DNA of 64,000 nucleotides, from the NCBI GenBank assembly GCA_035285865.1, contig JAYKHS010000017.1, forward strand, positions 32,001 through 96,000. Reading direction: 5' to 3'. Within the stretch, counting starts at the first letter, position 1. Each line of letters starts with the position of its first letter. Position numbers and translations under genes: made by a program. The notes under the pieces were generated by a model. It made no database searches and was not told where the DNA came from. It worked only from the letters and a program-made list of their open reading frames with translations. The stretch comes from Candidatus Sericytochromatia bacterium (lineage in GTDB: Bacteria > Cyanobacteriota > Sericytochromatia > S15B-MN24 > VGJW01). This document shows positions 46,153 to 55,266 of the stretch, one piece after another.

Positions 46153-46725
46153 GTGAAGGTCACCCATATCGAACGCACTCCCAACCCGCTGGCCCTGATG
46201 TTCCGGGTCGACGAGCCCTTGATCGCGTCCGGCGCAGAGGTCTATGCGTCGACCAACGAGGCACTCAGGGACTCGATGGCGACCGCCATCTTCGCCACCG
46301 GTGCCGTGGTCGAGTTGTACGTCACCCCCGAGTTCGCGACCGTCACCAAGACACCCGACGCGGACTGGCTGCCCTTGCGCCGCCGGGTGCGCGAGGTGCT
46401 CGAGGCTACGGAACCTGCCGTGCGTGCCCCCGGGCCGACGGAGGGCGATCGCCCGCGTCTTCGCCCGGGCAGCCACATTCCGACCGAGGGGCCTGAGGCC
46501 GAGATGCTCGGGAGAATCCTGCTGGTGCTTGAACAGGCCATCATGCCCTCGCTGGTCGCGGACGGCGGGGGACTCGAGGTCCTCGGTTTCGCGGATCGCG
46601 TCCTGACGATCCGTTATCAGGGCGCATGCGGCACGTGTCCGAGTTCGGCGGCAGGCACGCTCGATGCCATCCGGCGGATCCTGCGTCAGGGGGTCGATCC
46701 GGAGCTCGAGGTCGTGCCGGCCTGA
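46153..46725 (+). CDS. Nfu/NifU family Fe-S cluster carrier (Nfu_N + NifU-C)
   Basis: ERTPNP.ALMF N-domain; DGG, YQGACGTCPSS..TL. Confidence 0.9.
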   Translation: MKVTHIERTPNPLALMFRVDEPLIASGAEVYASTNEALRDSMATAIFATGAVVELYVTPEFATVTKTPDADWLPLRRRVREVLEATEPAVRAPGPTEGDRPRLRPGSHIPTEGPEAEMLGRILLVLEQAIMPSLVADGGGLEVLGFADRVLTIRYQGACGTCPSSAAGTLDAIRRILRQGVDPELEVVPA

Positions 46726-46805
46726 GGGACCGCAGCGGTTCCAGCGGTTGCCCGCCGGTGTCGCAGTCGGTATTCTTGGGCGTCCGCCAGTCCCCGGAGG
46801 TCCTC

Positions 46806-47924
46806 GTGAAGGTCGAACTCGCCACCAGTGAAGTCCAGCGCGAGGCCATCGCGGGCTTCCGGTACGACATCATCGTCGCGCAGCTCAAGCGCCAGCTGGC
46901 CTCGGCCGACCACGCACGCCACGTCGTGGTGGACGAGGAGGACGCATCCGGCGTGCACGCCTTCGTGGCCCGAGACGGCGAGGTCGTCGGGGCCATCCGC
47001 CTTAATCGGCTCTCGGACGGAGCCGTTTCCGAGGACCTCGTGCGCCTTTATGCGCTCGACCAGTTCGCCGACGTCCCCCCCGAGCACATCGCCGTGGTGT
47101 CGCGTCTGGTGGTGCGACCGGGTGTGGCCGGCGTCGGGGATGTCCTCTCGGATTTCGCGCTCAAGTGGGCCATCGAAAACGGCATACGCCTGGCCTTCAG
47201 CTATTGCTCGCCCCATCTCGTGGCCCCCTACGAGCAACTGGGCTTCCGGCGCTACAAGGACAACTTCCAGGACCCGATGGGTTACCGGGTGCCGATGGTG
47301 CTGGTGGTGTACGACCTGGAACACCTGGCGCGCATTCACTCTCCGCTGGCGGCCAAGCTCGCGGCCGTGGCCGCGGGACGCAACGACTCGTCGTTCTTCG
47401 CGGAGCGGTTCCCCGAGTACGACCTGCCCGCGAACCCCGGCATGTACCCCAAGGGTGAGTTCTGGGCGATGCTCGGTGCTCGGATGAACGTGAACCCGCT
47501 CGAGGCCATCCCGCTGTTCGCGGGGCTTTCGTCCGACGAGGCCGGGGCCGTGATGAAGGCCGGCACCATCCTGCCGATCCGTGGCGGGGACAGGTTGCTG
47601 TCCGCGGGAGAGACGGGCAAGGAGTTCTACCTGGTCCTGAAGGGCATGCTGGGCGTGACGCTGCCCGGCCTGACGAAACCCGTGTCGTTGCTGGGCCCCG
47701 GCGAGATCGTGGGCGAGATGGCGTTCCTTGCGGATGCGCCCCGCAGTGCCGATGTCGAGGTCTTCAAGGAAGGCGAGGTCATGGTGTTGTCGGAGGAGTC
47801 CTTCCTGAGGTTGGCTGCCCAGCAGCCGGCTGTGGCCAGCAAGGTCAGCCTGAATCTGGCACGGATCCTGGGCGAGCGCCTGGCCGTGACCTCCAAGGCC
47901 CTTGCCGAGGCTCAGCGGCGCTGA
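46806..47924 (+). CDS. GNAT/FeeM-like acyltransferase fused to C-terminal cyclic-nucleotide-binding domain
   Basis: FRYDI, VVGAIR, VSRLVV, YEQLGFRRY; then FAGLS, FYLVLKG, VGEMAFL..PRSADV phosphate-binding cassette; GGAGG SD before GTG at 46806. Confidence 0.82.
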   Translation: MKVELATSEVQREAIAGFRYDIIVAQLKRQLASADHARHVVVDEEDASGVHAFVARDGEVVGAIRLNRLSDGAVSEDLVRLYALDQFADVPPEHIAVVSRLVVRPGVAGVGDVLSDFALKWAIENGIRLAFSYCSPHLVAPYEQLGFRRYKDNFQDPMGYRVPMVLVVYDLEHLARIHSPLAAKLAAVAAGRNDSSFFAERFPEYDLPANPGMYPKGEFWAMLGARMNVNPLEAIPLFAGLSSDEAGAVMKAGTILPIRGGDRLLSAGETGKEFYLVLKGMLGVTLPGLTKPVSLLGPGEIVGEMAFLADAPRSADVEVFKEGEVMVLSEESFLRLAAQQPAVASKVSLNLARILGERLAVTSKALAEAQRR

Positions 47925-47933
47925 GACGGGAAA

Positions 47934-47963
47934 GCCCCGGCGGCGCCTGTGCGCAGCCGGGGC
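47934..47963. terminator. Hairpin between convergent genes
   Basis: GCCCCGGC...GCCGGGGC stem preceded by AAA (U-tract on the minus strand). Confidence 0.55.
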
Positions 47964-48003
47964 CGTACCTTGCGAGGACCGCGCCGGGCGGCTCCCCCCA
48001 CGC

Positions 48004-48369
48004 TCAGATCAGCGTGAACTTGGTGATCAGCTCGCGCCCGAAGTTCAGGGCACGTTGCAGCACGTTGCCGGCCACCGGCAGGTCCGACTCCGTCACGGCG
48101 AACTGCAGGGCGAAGCCGCGGCTGACCGGTGCCGGGCGGGCCGGTGCCGGAGCCACGGGCAGATCCGACTCGGTGACGGCGAACTGCGTCACCAGCCTGC
48201 CGACGGCGGGCGAACGCTGGAAATTGTCCTGCCGCACGGGCAAGCCGGACTCCGTGACGGCGAACTGCAGGGCAAACCCGCCGGTCACGGGCTTGGGTGC
48301 CGCGGGCTGGGGCGGGACCGGCAAGGCCGACGGCGTGACGGCGAAGCCTTCGCGAACTCCGAATGACAT
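48004..48369 (-). CDS. 121-aa tandem-repeat peptide (4 x FAVT[EP]S[DGA]LPV, 27-aa period); possible multi-core precursor
   Basis: AGAGGT SD; repeats conserved at protein level with synonymous DNA differences. Confidence 0.75.
   Translation of the reverse strand: MSFGVREGFAVTPSALPVPPQPAAPKPVTGGFALQFAVTESGLPVRQDNFQRSPAVGRLVTQFAVTESDLPVAPAPARPAPVSRGFALQFAVTESDLPVAGNVLQRALNFGRELITKFTLI
48070..48350. repeat. Four 81-nt-period coding repeats
   Basis: GGCA..[CT]C[CG]GAC..[CG]GT[CG]ACGGCGAA recurs every 81 nt; boundaries approximate. Confidence 0.8.
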
Positions 48370-48387
48370 GCTTGCTTACCTCTGGTC

Positions 48388-48972
48388 CTAGCTGTTGGCC
48401 GTGGCCTTCATCTCTTCCGTGATGCGCTCCAGCACCTTCATGTTGAGGTTCATGAAGAACTGGTCCATCAAGGAGCGATTCTGGGGTGACTTGGATTCCT
48501 CGGACGCCGAGATGTGCTCGCGAACCATCCCGAGACGTTGCTGGGAAAGGGTCTCGCTCTCGGTGTCAATCGCCGCGATCCGACGCGCCGCATCGCGGCC
48601 GAGCTGCTGCTCGAAGAACGCAGGCAAATCCTTGGGATCGCTGGGGCGCTTGACCGCTTCGGGGATCCGGGCGATCAGCTTGGCGCGCTCGTCGGACAGA
48701 TCAGCCTTGCGCTCGTCCAGATCGGCAATCTTCTGGACCTTGTCCTTGCCCATGTACTTCTGATAGAAGCTGTACTCGTCCGCATTCGAGGGCACCGTGC
48801 GTCCACCGACGCTGCCGCTATGCCTGGCACGGTCGGACAACTCGAGCTTGTCGCTGGCGGCGCGCGTCCGGGACTCGGTTGGCGCGGATGCGATGGCTGC
48901 GGACGTCTCGGGACGTGCGGCGGTCGCCACCGTCGCACCGGTGCGCGCTGCTGCGGACAGTTCCAAGCCCAT
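48388..48972 (-). CDS. Hypothetical helical protein with internal duplication
   Basis: GGAGGTG SD; SDKLELSDRAR motif; FYQKYMGKD..KIA.LD / FFEQQLGRD..RIA.ID duplicate. Confidence 0.7.
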   Translation of the reverse strand: MGLELSAAARTGATVATAARPETSAAIASAPTESRTRAASDKLELSDRARHSGSVGGRTVPSNADEYSFYQKYMGKDKVQKIADLDERKADLSDERAKLIARIPEAVKRPSDPKDLPAFFEQQLGRDAARRIAAIDTESETLSQQRLGMVREHISASEESKSPQNRSLMDQFFMNLNMKVLERITEEMKATANS

Positions 48973-49060
48973 CTGGTGTCACCTCCGCTAGATTTATCTT
49001 CCCTGCGGCGTCGGAGATGACGTCAACAGTTCGTGAAATCTGTGTTCCGGAAGGGCCGGA

Positions 49061-49456
49061 TCAGGGCATCACGTGGACGTGTGCACGCATCCTGCGGTGG
49101 ACACGGCACCGGATCTCAAGGTCGCCTGTCGCCACCGCCAGCACGGAGGGGCCCGGGCCCGTGGCATGCAGCCCGAGATCGAAGGTCTGCGAACCCGAGG
49201 CACAGTAGACGCTGTGGAAGACACCGTCGCGATTCGGGAACTGCAACATCGTCCCCTTACGGACCGTCAGCTCCCCCGGTTGGAACATCAGGTTCTCCTG
49301 AATGATGACCGCCGTCGGCTGCTTGCCCGTCCCTGACGATGCCGATTTCTCCGCTGGCTTCCCAGGCGCGTTCGGTTTCGTCGCCGCACCCAGCGGGGCC
49401 TTGGCGCCCGCCAGGAGGCTGGCTGCCACCATCAGGAAGAACACCGTGGGCTTCAT
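49061..49456 (-). CDS. Exported cupredoxin-like protein
   Basis: Signal peptide; F.P, FPNRDGVFHSVY, C.VH..M type-1 Cu ligands. Confidence 0.8.
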   Translation of the reverse strand: MKPTVFFLMVAASLLAGAKAPLGAATKPNAPGKPAEKSASSGTGKQPTAVIIQENLMFQPGELTVRKGTMLQFPNRDGVFHSVYCASGSQTFDLGLHATGPGPSVLAVATGDLEIRCRVHRRMRAHVHVMP

Positions 49457-49569
49457 GGCGTCATTCTAGCTTCAATGCGCCCCCGCCTGGCCTACTCGGA
49501 GGACGATGGCGCGCAAATTGTGCCCCGAGCCACAGGGCCCTTGGGCGCAAAGGGGGTATGCTGGGAGCC

Positions 49570-50250
49570 ATGGACGCCGCCGAACGCTTCCTCGACCAGC
49601 CCAACTTGCCGATGATTGCGGCATCGGTCCTGGGTGTCGTGCTTCTGGTCCTCGTCGGCGCACTCCTGTGGCTGGTCAAGACCCGCTCCAAAGGGGATAT
49701 GGGCCTTGCCAAGAAGGCGAATCGCTTCAAGGAGCTTGACGGTTACCTGAACGAGGCCAAGAAGTGGTATCGGGCCAACGTCACGCTGCGCGAGTTGTAT
49801 GCGGTTGCGAGCAAGTCCGGCGTGGCCAAGAAATTCGTCAAGGGCATCATCGCCGCTGCTGAAAACGGCGGCCTGTCGGGTTCGGCCGAGGAGTCCGCCC
49901 GCTGGCTGGCCCAGGCCATCTCGCTCGAGCCGGGCAACGCCGAGGCCTACTATCAGCTCGGGTTGGTGTCGGTCCGCCAAGGCAAGGCCACGGGCCAGCA
50001 GAAGTGGATGCGGTTGGCCCATCAGGCCTTCACCAAGGCCTTCCTGCTCGAGCGCGGGCACATCCCTGCCTTCCAGCAGCTGATCCTGTTGTCGGAGCAG
50101 ACCGAGAGCTTCTATCTGGAGCGAACCAAGGAAGGCCTTGCCAAGGGCGCGGCCATGGGACAGAACGACGTCGACCGGATGGTCGCTGCTGCCAAGGCAC
50201 AGGCCTATGCGGATGCCGAGGCTGCCGAGGCCTACCGTCAGCAGGGCTGA
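49570..50250 (+). CDS. Membrane-anchored TPR-like protein
   Basis: N-terminal TM helix; AISLEPGNAEAYYQLG TPR motif. Confidence 0.7.
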   Translation: MDAAERFLDQPNLPMIAASVLGVVLLVLVGALLWLVKTRSKGDMGLAKKANRFKELDGYLNEAKKWYRANVTLRELYAVASKSGVAKKFVKGIIAAAENGGLSGSAEESARWLAQAISLEPGNAEAYYQLGLVSVRQGKATGQQKWMRLAHQAFTKAFLLERGHIPAFQQLILLSEQTESFYLERTKEGLAKGAAMGQNDVDRMVAAAKAQAYADAEAAEAYRQQG

Positions 50251-50270
50251 ACGGCTGCTGCGGAGCGGCC

Positions 50271-50705
50271 TCAGGCCTCGCGGCGCGGTCGGACGGCGAC
50301 CGTGCCTCTGCTGATGGCCACGAGGCGTCCTTCGGGGTCGGTGATGCGGATGTCCCAGACCCACGCGGTGCGCCCGCGATGGATGGCCTTGCCCTCGGCC
50401 TGGACCCAGCCTTCCCAGACCGTACGCAGCAGCGAGATGCTGTATTCCTGACCGAACGCCACATGGGTGTCCAGGTCGACCCCGAGCACGGTCCCGAAAC
50501 TGGATACCTCTTCCGCAAGGGCGGAGAGGGCTCCGCCGTGGATGGCGCCATAGGGCTGTCGCGTGGGGCCATGGACCGGCATCCGCGCCACGACGTGGCC
50601 GGCCTCGTGATGGAGGAACTCGATGCCCATGGCCCCGGACAGGGTCTCCTCGGGGGGCAGCAGGCCCCGATCACGAAAGGCCTCGGGCGTGAAGGACTGC
50701 GTCAT
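50271..50705 (-). CDS. PaaI/hotdog-fold thioesterase
   Basis: QPYGAIHGGA..LAE, HRGRT.WVWDI. Confidence 0.9.
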   Translation of the reverse strand: MTQSFTPEAFRDRGLLPPEETLSGAMGIEFLHHEAGHVVARMPVHGPTRQPYGAIHGGALSALAEEVSSFGTVLGVDLDTHVAFGQEYSISLLRTVWEGWVQAEGKAIHRGRTAWVWDIRITDPEGRLVAISRGTVAVRPRREA

Positions 50706-50753
50706 GGGCCGATTCTAGGCCTTATACTGGCATCAGGAAAAGAGGAGCGGTCC

Positions 50754-52145
50754 ATGCGCGACATCCTCGAGCGGATCGCCGGCGATCACGGCGGCTTCAT
50801 CGAGCTTCGGTATCACCACAAGACCTCGCGTCGTTTCGACGTGGAAGGGGGCCGCCTCGAGGCAGCCCTCGTCAAGGAACGTGCGGGCGTGGGCGTGCGC
50901 GTGCTCGAAGGGGGCACGTGGGGTGTCGCGGCCACCAGCGATACGCGCGAGGCCGCCATTCGCCGGGCCGTCGATCAGGCCGTCTCGGCGGCGCGGGCCT
51001 CGGCCGCCTACCGCGCCAAGCGCCTCGATCCTCTCCCGCCCGTCGCTCTGGCGCGGGGTGTCTTCGAAGAGGCCGGTGTCGCGACCCTGAAGGATCAGCC
51101 CCTCGAGGCCAAGATCCAGCTGGCCCTCGAGGCCGAGGCGCGTGCCCGCGGCGCGTCGGAGCGTATCGAGACGGCGCGCGCGACCTATCAGGAGAATTTC
51201 GAGGACAAGGTCATCGTGACCTCGGACGGTGCCAGCGCCAAACTCAGGCTGGTGCGGCCCGAGTTCCGCGTCAACGCCGTGGTGGCCCGGGGGACCGAGC
51301 GGGCGACCTACTCGGAAACGTACGGGGCGACCGGCGGCTGGGATTGCCTCTTCCGGCACAAGGACGGACTGGGCATGGCCGAGGAAGCGGCGCGCTGGGC
51401 GGTGGACCTCGCGGTGGCCCCGCAGGCCCCGGGTGGCAAGTTCAAGGTCATCCTGGCGCCAAGCATCGTGGGCTTGCTGGTTCATGAGGCCATCGGGCAC
51501 ACCGTCGAGGCCGATTTCGTTCTCTCGGGGTCGGTGGCTGCCGGACGCATCGGCACCCGGGTCGGCAGCGAGCACGTCACGCTCTGTGATTCCGGTGCCT
51601 CGGAGCATGTCGGTGGCGCCGGCGGGACCATTGCCGTCGACGACGAGGGTGTGCCGGCCGGCCGCACGGTCATCATCGACAAGGGCATCCTGGCCAGCTA
51701 CCTGCACAACCGCGAGTCGGCAATGCACTATGACGTGGCGCCCACGGGCAATGCCCGGGCCTGGGAGTATGCCGACGAGCCGCTCATCCGGATGCGCAAC
51801 ACCTACATCGAACCCGGTGACTGGGAGCTCGACGCGATGATCGCCGGAGTCGAGGACGGCTTCCTGCTGGACGGACCGCTCAACGGCCAGGCCGACGCCA
51901 CGGGTGAGTTCATGTTCGCCGTGGCGCGTGCCCATCGCATCCGGGGTGGCAAGCTTGGCGAAGTGCTCAAAGGTGCGACGGTTTCCGGGTCGGCCTTCGA
52001 GGTGCTGGCCAGCGTCGACGCCGTGTCGCGGGTGTTCCGCTGGGATCTGGGGTCGGGGCACTGCGGCAAGGGACAACCCATGAAGGTGGATGCAGGCGGG
52101 CCCTACGTGCGTTGCGAGGTCTTGATCGGCGGGGCAGGCTCATGA
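50754..52145 (+). CDS. tldD: TldD metalloprotease subunit
   Basis: HEAIGH..EAD, DDEG, TGNAR, RMRNTYI, CGKGQ; GAGGAG SD. Confidence 0.93.
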   Translation: MRDILERIAGDHGGFIELRYHHKTSRRFDVEGGRLEAALVKERAGVGVRVLEGGTWGVAATSDTREAAIRRAVDQAVSAARASAAYRAKRLDPLPPVALARGVFEEAGVATLKDQPLEAKIQLALEAEARARGASERIETARATYQENFEDKVIVTSDGASAKLRLVRPEFRVNAVVARGTERATYSETYGATGGWDCLFRHKDGLGMAEEAARWAVDLAVAPQAPGGKFKVILAPSIVGLLVHEAIGHTVEADFVLSGSVAAGRIGTRVGSEHVTLCDSGASEHVGGAGGTIAVDDEGVPAGRTVIIDKGILASYLHNRESAMHYDVAPTGNARAWEYADEPLIRMRNTYIEPGDWELDAMIAGVEDGFLLDGPLNGQADATGEFMFAVARAHRIRGGKLGEVLKGATVSGSAFEVLASVDAVSRVFRWDLGSGHCGKGQPMKVDAGGPYVRCEVLIGGAGS

Positions 52146-53485
52146 ACACGTCACTGGTCCAGGAGGTCTGTGCGGCCGGGCTTGCCGCGGCGCGGGCCGC
52201 CGGTGCGGACGGGGCCGAGGTCTATGCCGTGTCGCGTCGCACCCGCGAGGTCGCTTTCGAGAAGAACGATCTCAATCTGGCACGGGCCGATGAGGAACTC
52301 ACCGTCGGCATCCGCGTGCTGGTGGGGCAGTCCTTCGGCTTCGTCACGGTGAATGCGCCCGAACGCATCGAAGAGGCCGTGCGCCAGGCCACCGTGATTG
52401 CCCGGATCGCACCGCCCGATCCCCATCATCACCTGCCGGCGCCCGTGGCGCTGGCCCGGGGCGAACACGACCGGGATCCCGAACTGGCCGACTTTGGCCT
52501 GGGGCCCATGGCCGAGCTGGCCAGCCAGCTGGCGGAGCGGGTCAAGGCCAACGATCGGCGCCTCAGCATCGACGGCATCCGGGTCTCCGCCGAGGAGGCC
52601 GCCGTGGCCATCGCGTCGACGACGGGCATCGATGCGGCGCATGTCACGAGCGAGCTCTCGGGCTTCGTGATGGGCATGGCCATCGAGGGTGACGAGGTCG
52701 GCTCCTTCAACTACGACGGAGCGGCCGGCAATCGACTGGCCACGGTTCGGTCGGAGATGCTCGCCGCCATGGACCGCTTTTCCGAGAAGGCCTTGTGGGC
52801 ACTCGGTGCGCGCAAGGGCGAGACCTTCAAGGGGCGTATCCTGCTGACACCCGACGCCGTGGGCGAGATCCTGCTCGATCCGCTGCTCGGGGCGCTGGGT
52901 GCCGACAACCTGCGCAAGGGGCGCAGTCCGATGCAGGGACGGCTTGGCGAAGCCATCGCCGCCAGGTGCGTCACGCTCAGGGACCCGGGACGGGTGCTGG
53001 AAGGCATGGCGCTCGCGCCGTTCGACCGCGAGGGCCATGCCGTGCAGCCCTTGTCGCTGCTGCGTGATGGCGTGCTTGAAGGCTACTTCTACGATGCCTA
53101 CGAGGCCCGCCGGGCCGGATGCGTGTCGACGGGGCATGGGCGCGGTGGTGCCAAGGGGCCTCCGGTCCTGACGCCCGGACTCATCGAGATGGTGGCGGGT
53201 GACGAGCCGGCTGCCGGGCTTGAGGCCCGAGCGGGGCGTGCGCTTGTGGTGCCCCGGTTCGCCGGCCGCGTCGAGATGGCCACGGGCGAGTTCTCGGGGG
53301 TGGTCAAGGGTGGCTTCATGGTGGGTTCGGGCGAGCGCATTCCGGTCGAGGAGACCATGATCGCGGGCAATGTGTATGACCTGCTGCGTGCCATCGAGGC
53401 CGTCAGCGCCGAGCGCCAGAACATCTTCGGGACCGCCTTGCTGCCTTGGGTCCTGGCGGACGGCGTTCAGGTCACGGCGGGTTGA
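52142..53485 (+). CDS. pmbA: TldE/PmbA protein
   Basis: FDREG, STGHG, TGEFS, IAGN; no HExxH; ATGA-coupled to tldD. Confidence 0.9.
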   Translation: MNTSLVQEVCAAGLAAARAAGADGAEVYAVSRRTREVAFEKNDLNLARADEELTVGIRVLVGQSFGFVTVNAPERIEEAVRQATVIARIAPPDPHHHLPAPVALARGEHDRDPELADFGLGPMAELASQLAERVKANDRRLSIDGIRVSAEEAAVAIASTTGIDAAHVTSELSGFVMGMAIEGDEVGSFNYDGAAGNRLATVRSEMLAAMDRFSEKALWALGARKGETFKGRILLTPDAVGEILLDPLLGALGADNLRKGRSPMQGRLGEAIAARCVTLRDPGRVLEGMALAPFDREGHAVQPLSLLRDGVLEGYFYDAYEARRAGCVSTGHGRGGAKGPPVLTPGLIEMVAGDEPAAGLEARAGRALVVPRFAGRVEMATGEFSGVVKGGFMVGSGERIPVEETMIAGNVYDLLRAIEAVSAERQNIFGTALLPWVLADGVQVTAG

Positions 53486-55266
53486 CGCCACTCGTCGCGG
53501 TCTTTCGTTCACGGACGCCGTGGGGCATCCTGCGAACCCTCATGTGGCGCGAGCGCAGGCCCTATCTGGTCGGGGCACTGTGCCTGCTGGCCTGTGACAT
53601 CGGACAGGTCGGGGCACCGTTGCTCGTCGGCAACGTGATCGATGGGCTGCGCGAGGCCTCGCTGGGGCCTGCGGACTTGCGGCTTCGGGTCGGGGCACTC
53701 GTGGTGCTGGCCGTTCTCGTCGCCCTGTGTCGCTACGGCTGGCGGATGGGCGTCTTCGGTTCGTCCCGCCGGATCGAACGCGACGTGCGGACGGCCCTGC
53801 ACGACCACGTCATCCGTCTGCCTGCCGAAGCCCAGCGACGCAGGCCGCCGGGCGAGGTCATGGCGTTGGCCACCAACGACTTGCAGGCGATCCGGGCGGT
53901 CACGGGCGAGGGCGTCATGGCGGGTCTCGATGCCCCGTTCTACCTCCTGTCCGCCCTCGTGCCGATGTTGTGGCTGCACGCCGGCCTGACGGTCTGGGCC
54001 GTGCTGCCCCTGCCCTTGCTGGGCCTGGTCTCGTTTCTGCTGGGCCGGCGGATGCACGGCATGCATCGTGCCGTGCAGGAGGCCTTCGGCCGCCTGTCCG
54101 ACCACGCGCAGGAGACGATCTCGGGCATCCGCGTCCTCAAGGGCTTCGCCCGCGAGTCAGGAGCGACGGCGGACTTCGCGGAGCGCAGCCGCGCGCATGC
54201 CGAGGCCACGATGCGGATGGTGCGCCTGCAGGGAGCTTTCGACCCCTTGATCGCTCTACTGTCGGGATCGTCCACGGTGCTGGTGCTGGTGTTCGGCGGC
54301 CGTCTGGTGACGGCGGGTGAACTGACCGTCGGTCAACTGGTCGCATTCCTCGGTTTCATCCAGATGCTCTCGTGGCCGATGATGGCGACGAGCTGGGCCT
54401 ACAACATGGCCCAGCGCGCCCGGGCCAGCGCGGGGCGCCTGCAGGAACTTTTCCGCGAGGAGCCGGAGCCGCCTGCCGGCGAGGATTCGGGTTGGTGGCA
54501 GGCGAAGCCGCCCGCGCTCGAGGTCCGGAGTCTCTCCTTCACGTATCCCGGGGCCATCCGGCCGGCCTTGGCCGAGGTGTCCTTCGTTTTGCCCCCGGGC
54601 GAGGTCCTCGGCATCACCGGGCGCTCCGGGTCCGGCAAGAGCACGCTCGTGAGTCTGCTGCTGCGCCAGCTCGAGGTTCCGAGGGGGACGGTCTTCCTGG
54701 ATGGCCGGGACATTCTGGACATGCCTTTGGCCGAGCTGCGGCGCGTCTTCGCCTGGGTGCCGCAGGAGGGGTTCCTGTTCGGCCGTTCGTTGGCCGAAAA
54801 CGTCGCCATGGGCGGCGATACCGCCGGGGTGGAGCATGCGCTCCTGCAGGCAGGTCTCGGACCTGACCTGGAAGGCTGGCCCGAGCGCGCCGACACTGTC
54901 GTGGGCGAGCGGGGCGTCACCTTGTCCGGCGGTCAGCGGCAGAGGGTCTGTCTGGCGCGTGCCCTGCTGCGCGAAGCCCCGATCCTGCTCGTCGACGACG
55001 CGCTGTCTGCGGTCGATGCGGCGACGGAGCACCGCGTGCTGTCGATGCTCGGCGAGGCGCGCCGGGATCGCTCGGCCCTGGTCGTGGCGCATCGCTTGAG
55101 TGTCGTGCGGGCGGCTCCTCGCATCCTGGTGTTCGAGGAAGGTCGGCTGCACGAGCAGGGCACCCACGCGGAACTCGTGGCGCAAGGGGGCCTCTATGCC
55201 CGCATCTGGCACCTGCAGCAACTGGAGCGGGCCTTGACCGAAGCCACGGCCGGAGCGTCGGCATGA
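53482..55266 (+). CDS. Heterodimeric ABC exporter subunit 1 (MdlA/YheI-like)
   Basis: TMD + GRSGSGKS, LSGGQRQR, degenerate Walker B DDALSAVD; start TTG 53482 or ATG 53542. Confidence 0.9.
   Translation: MTPLVAVFRSRTPWGILRTLMWRERRPYLVGALCLLACDIGQVGAPLLVGNVIDGLREASLGPADLRLRVGALVVLAVLVALCRYGWRMGVFGSSRRIERDVRTALHDHVIRLPAEAQRRRPPGEVMALATNDLQAIRAVTGEGVMAGLDAPFYLLSALVPMLWLHAGLTVWAVLPLPLLGLVSFLLGRRMHGMHRAVQEAFGRLSDHAQETISGIRVLKGFARESGATADFAERSRAHAEATMRMVRLQGAFDPLIALLSGSSTVLVLVFGGRLVTAGELTVGQLVAFLGFIQMLSWPMMATSWAYNMAQRARASAGRLQELFREEPEPPAGEDSGWWQAKPPALEVRSLSFTYPGAIRPALAEVSFVLPPGEVLGITGRSGSGKSTLVSLLLRQLEVPRGTVFLDGRDILDMPLAELRRVFAWVPQEGFLFGRSLAENVAMGGDTAGVEHALLQAGLGPDLEGWPERADTVVGERGVTLSGGQRQRVCLARALLREAPILLVDDALSAVDAATEHRVLSMLGEARRDRSALVVAHRLSVVRAAPRILVFEEGRLHEQGTHAELVAQGGLYARIWHLQQLERALTEATAGASA

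Noticed and set aside
48070..48350. Regularly spaced repeats as a CRISPR array
   Set aside because: Repeats vary at synonymous positions, keep an 81-nt in-frame period, spacers resemble each other alternately, and no cas genes are present
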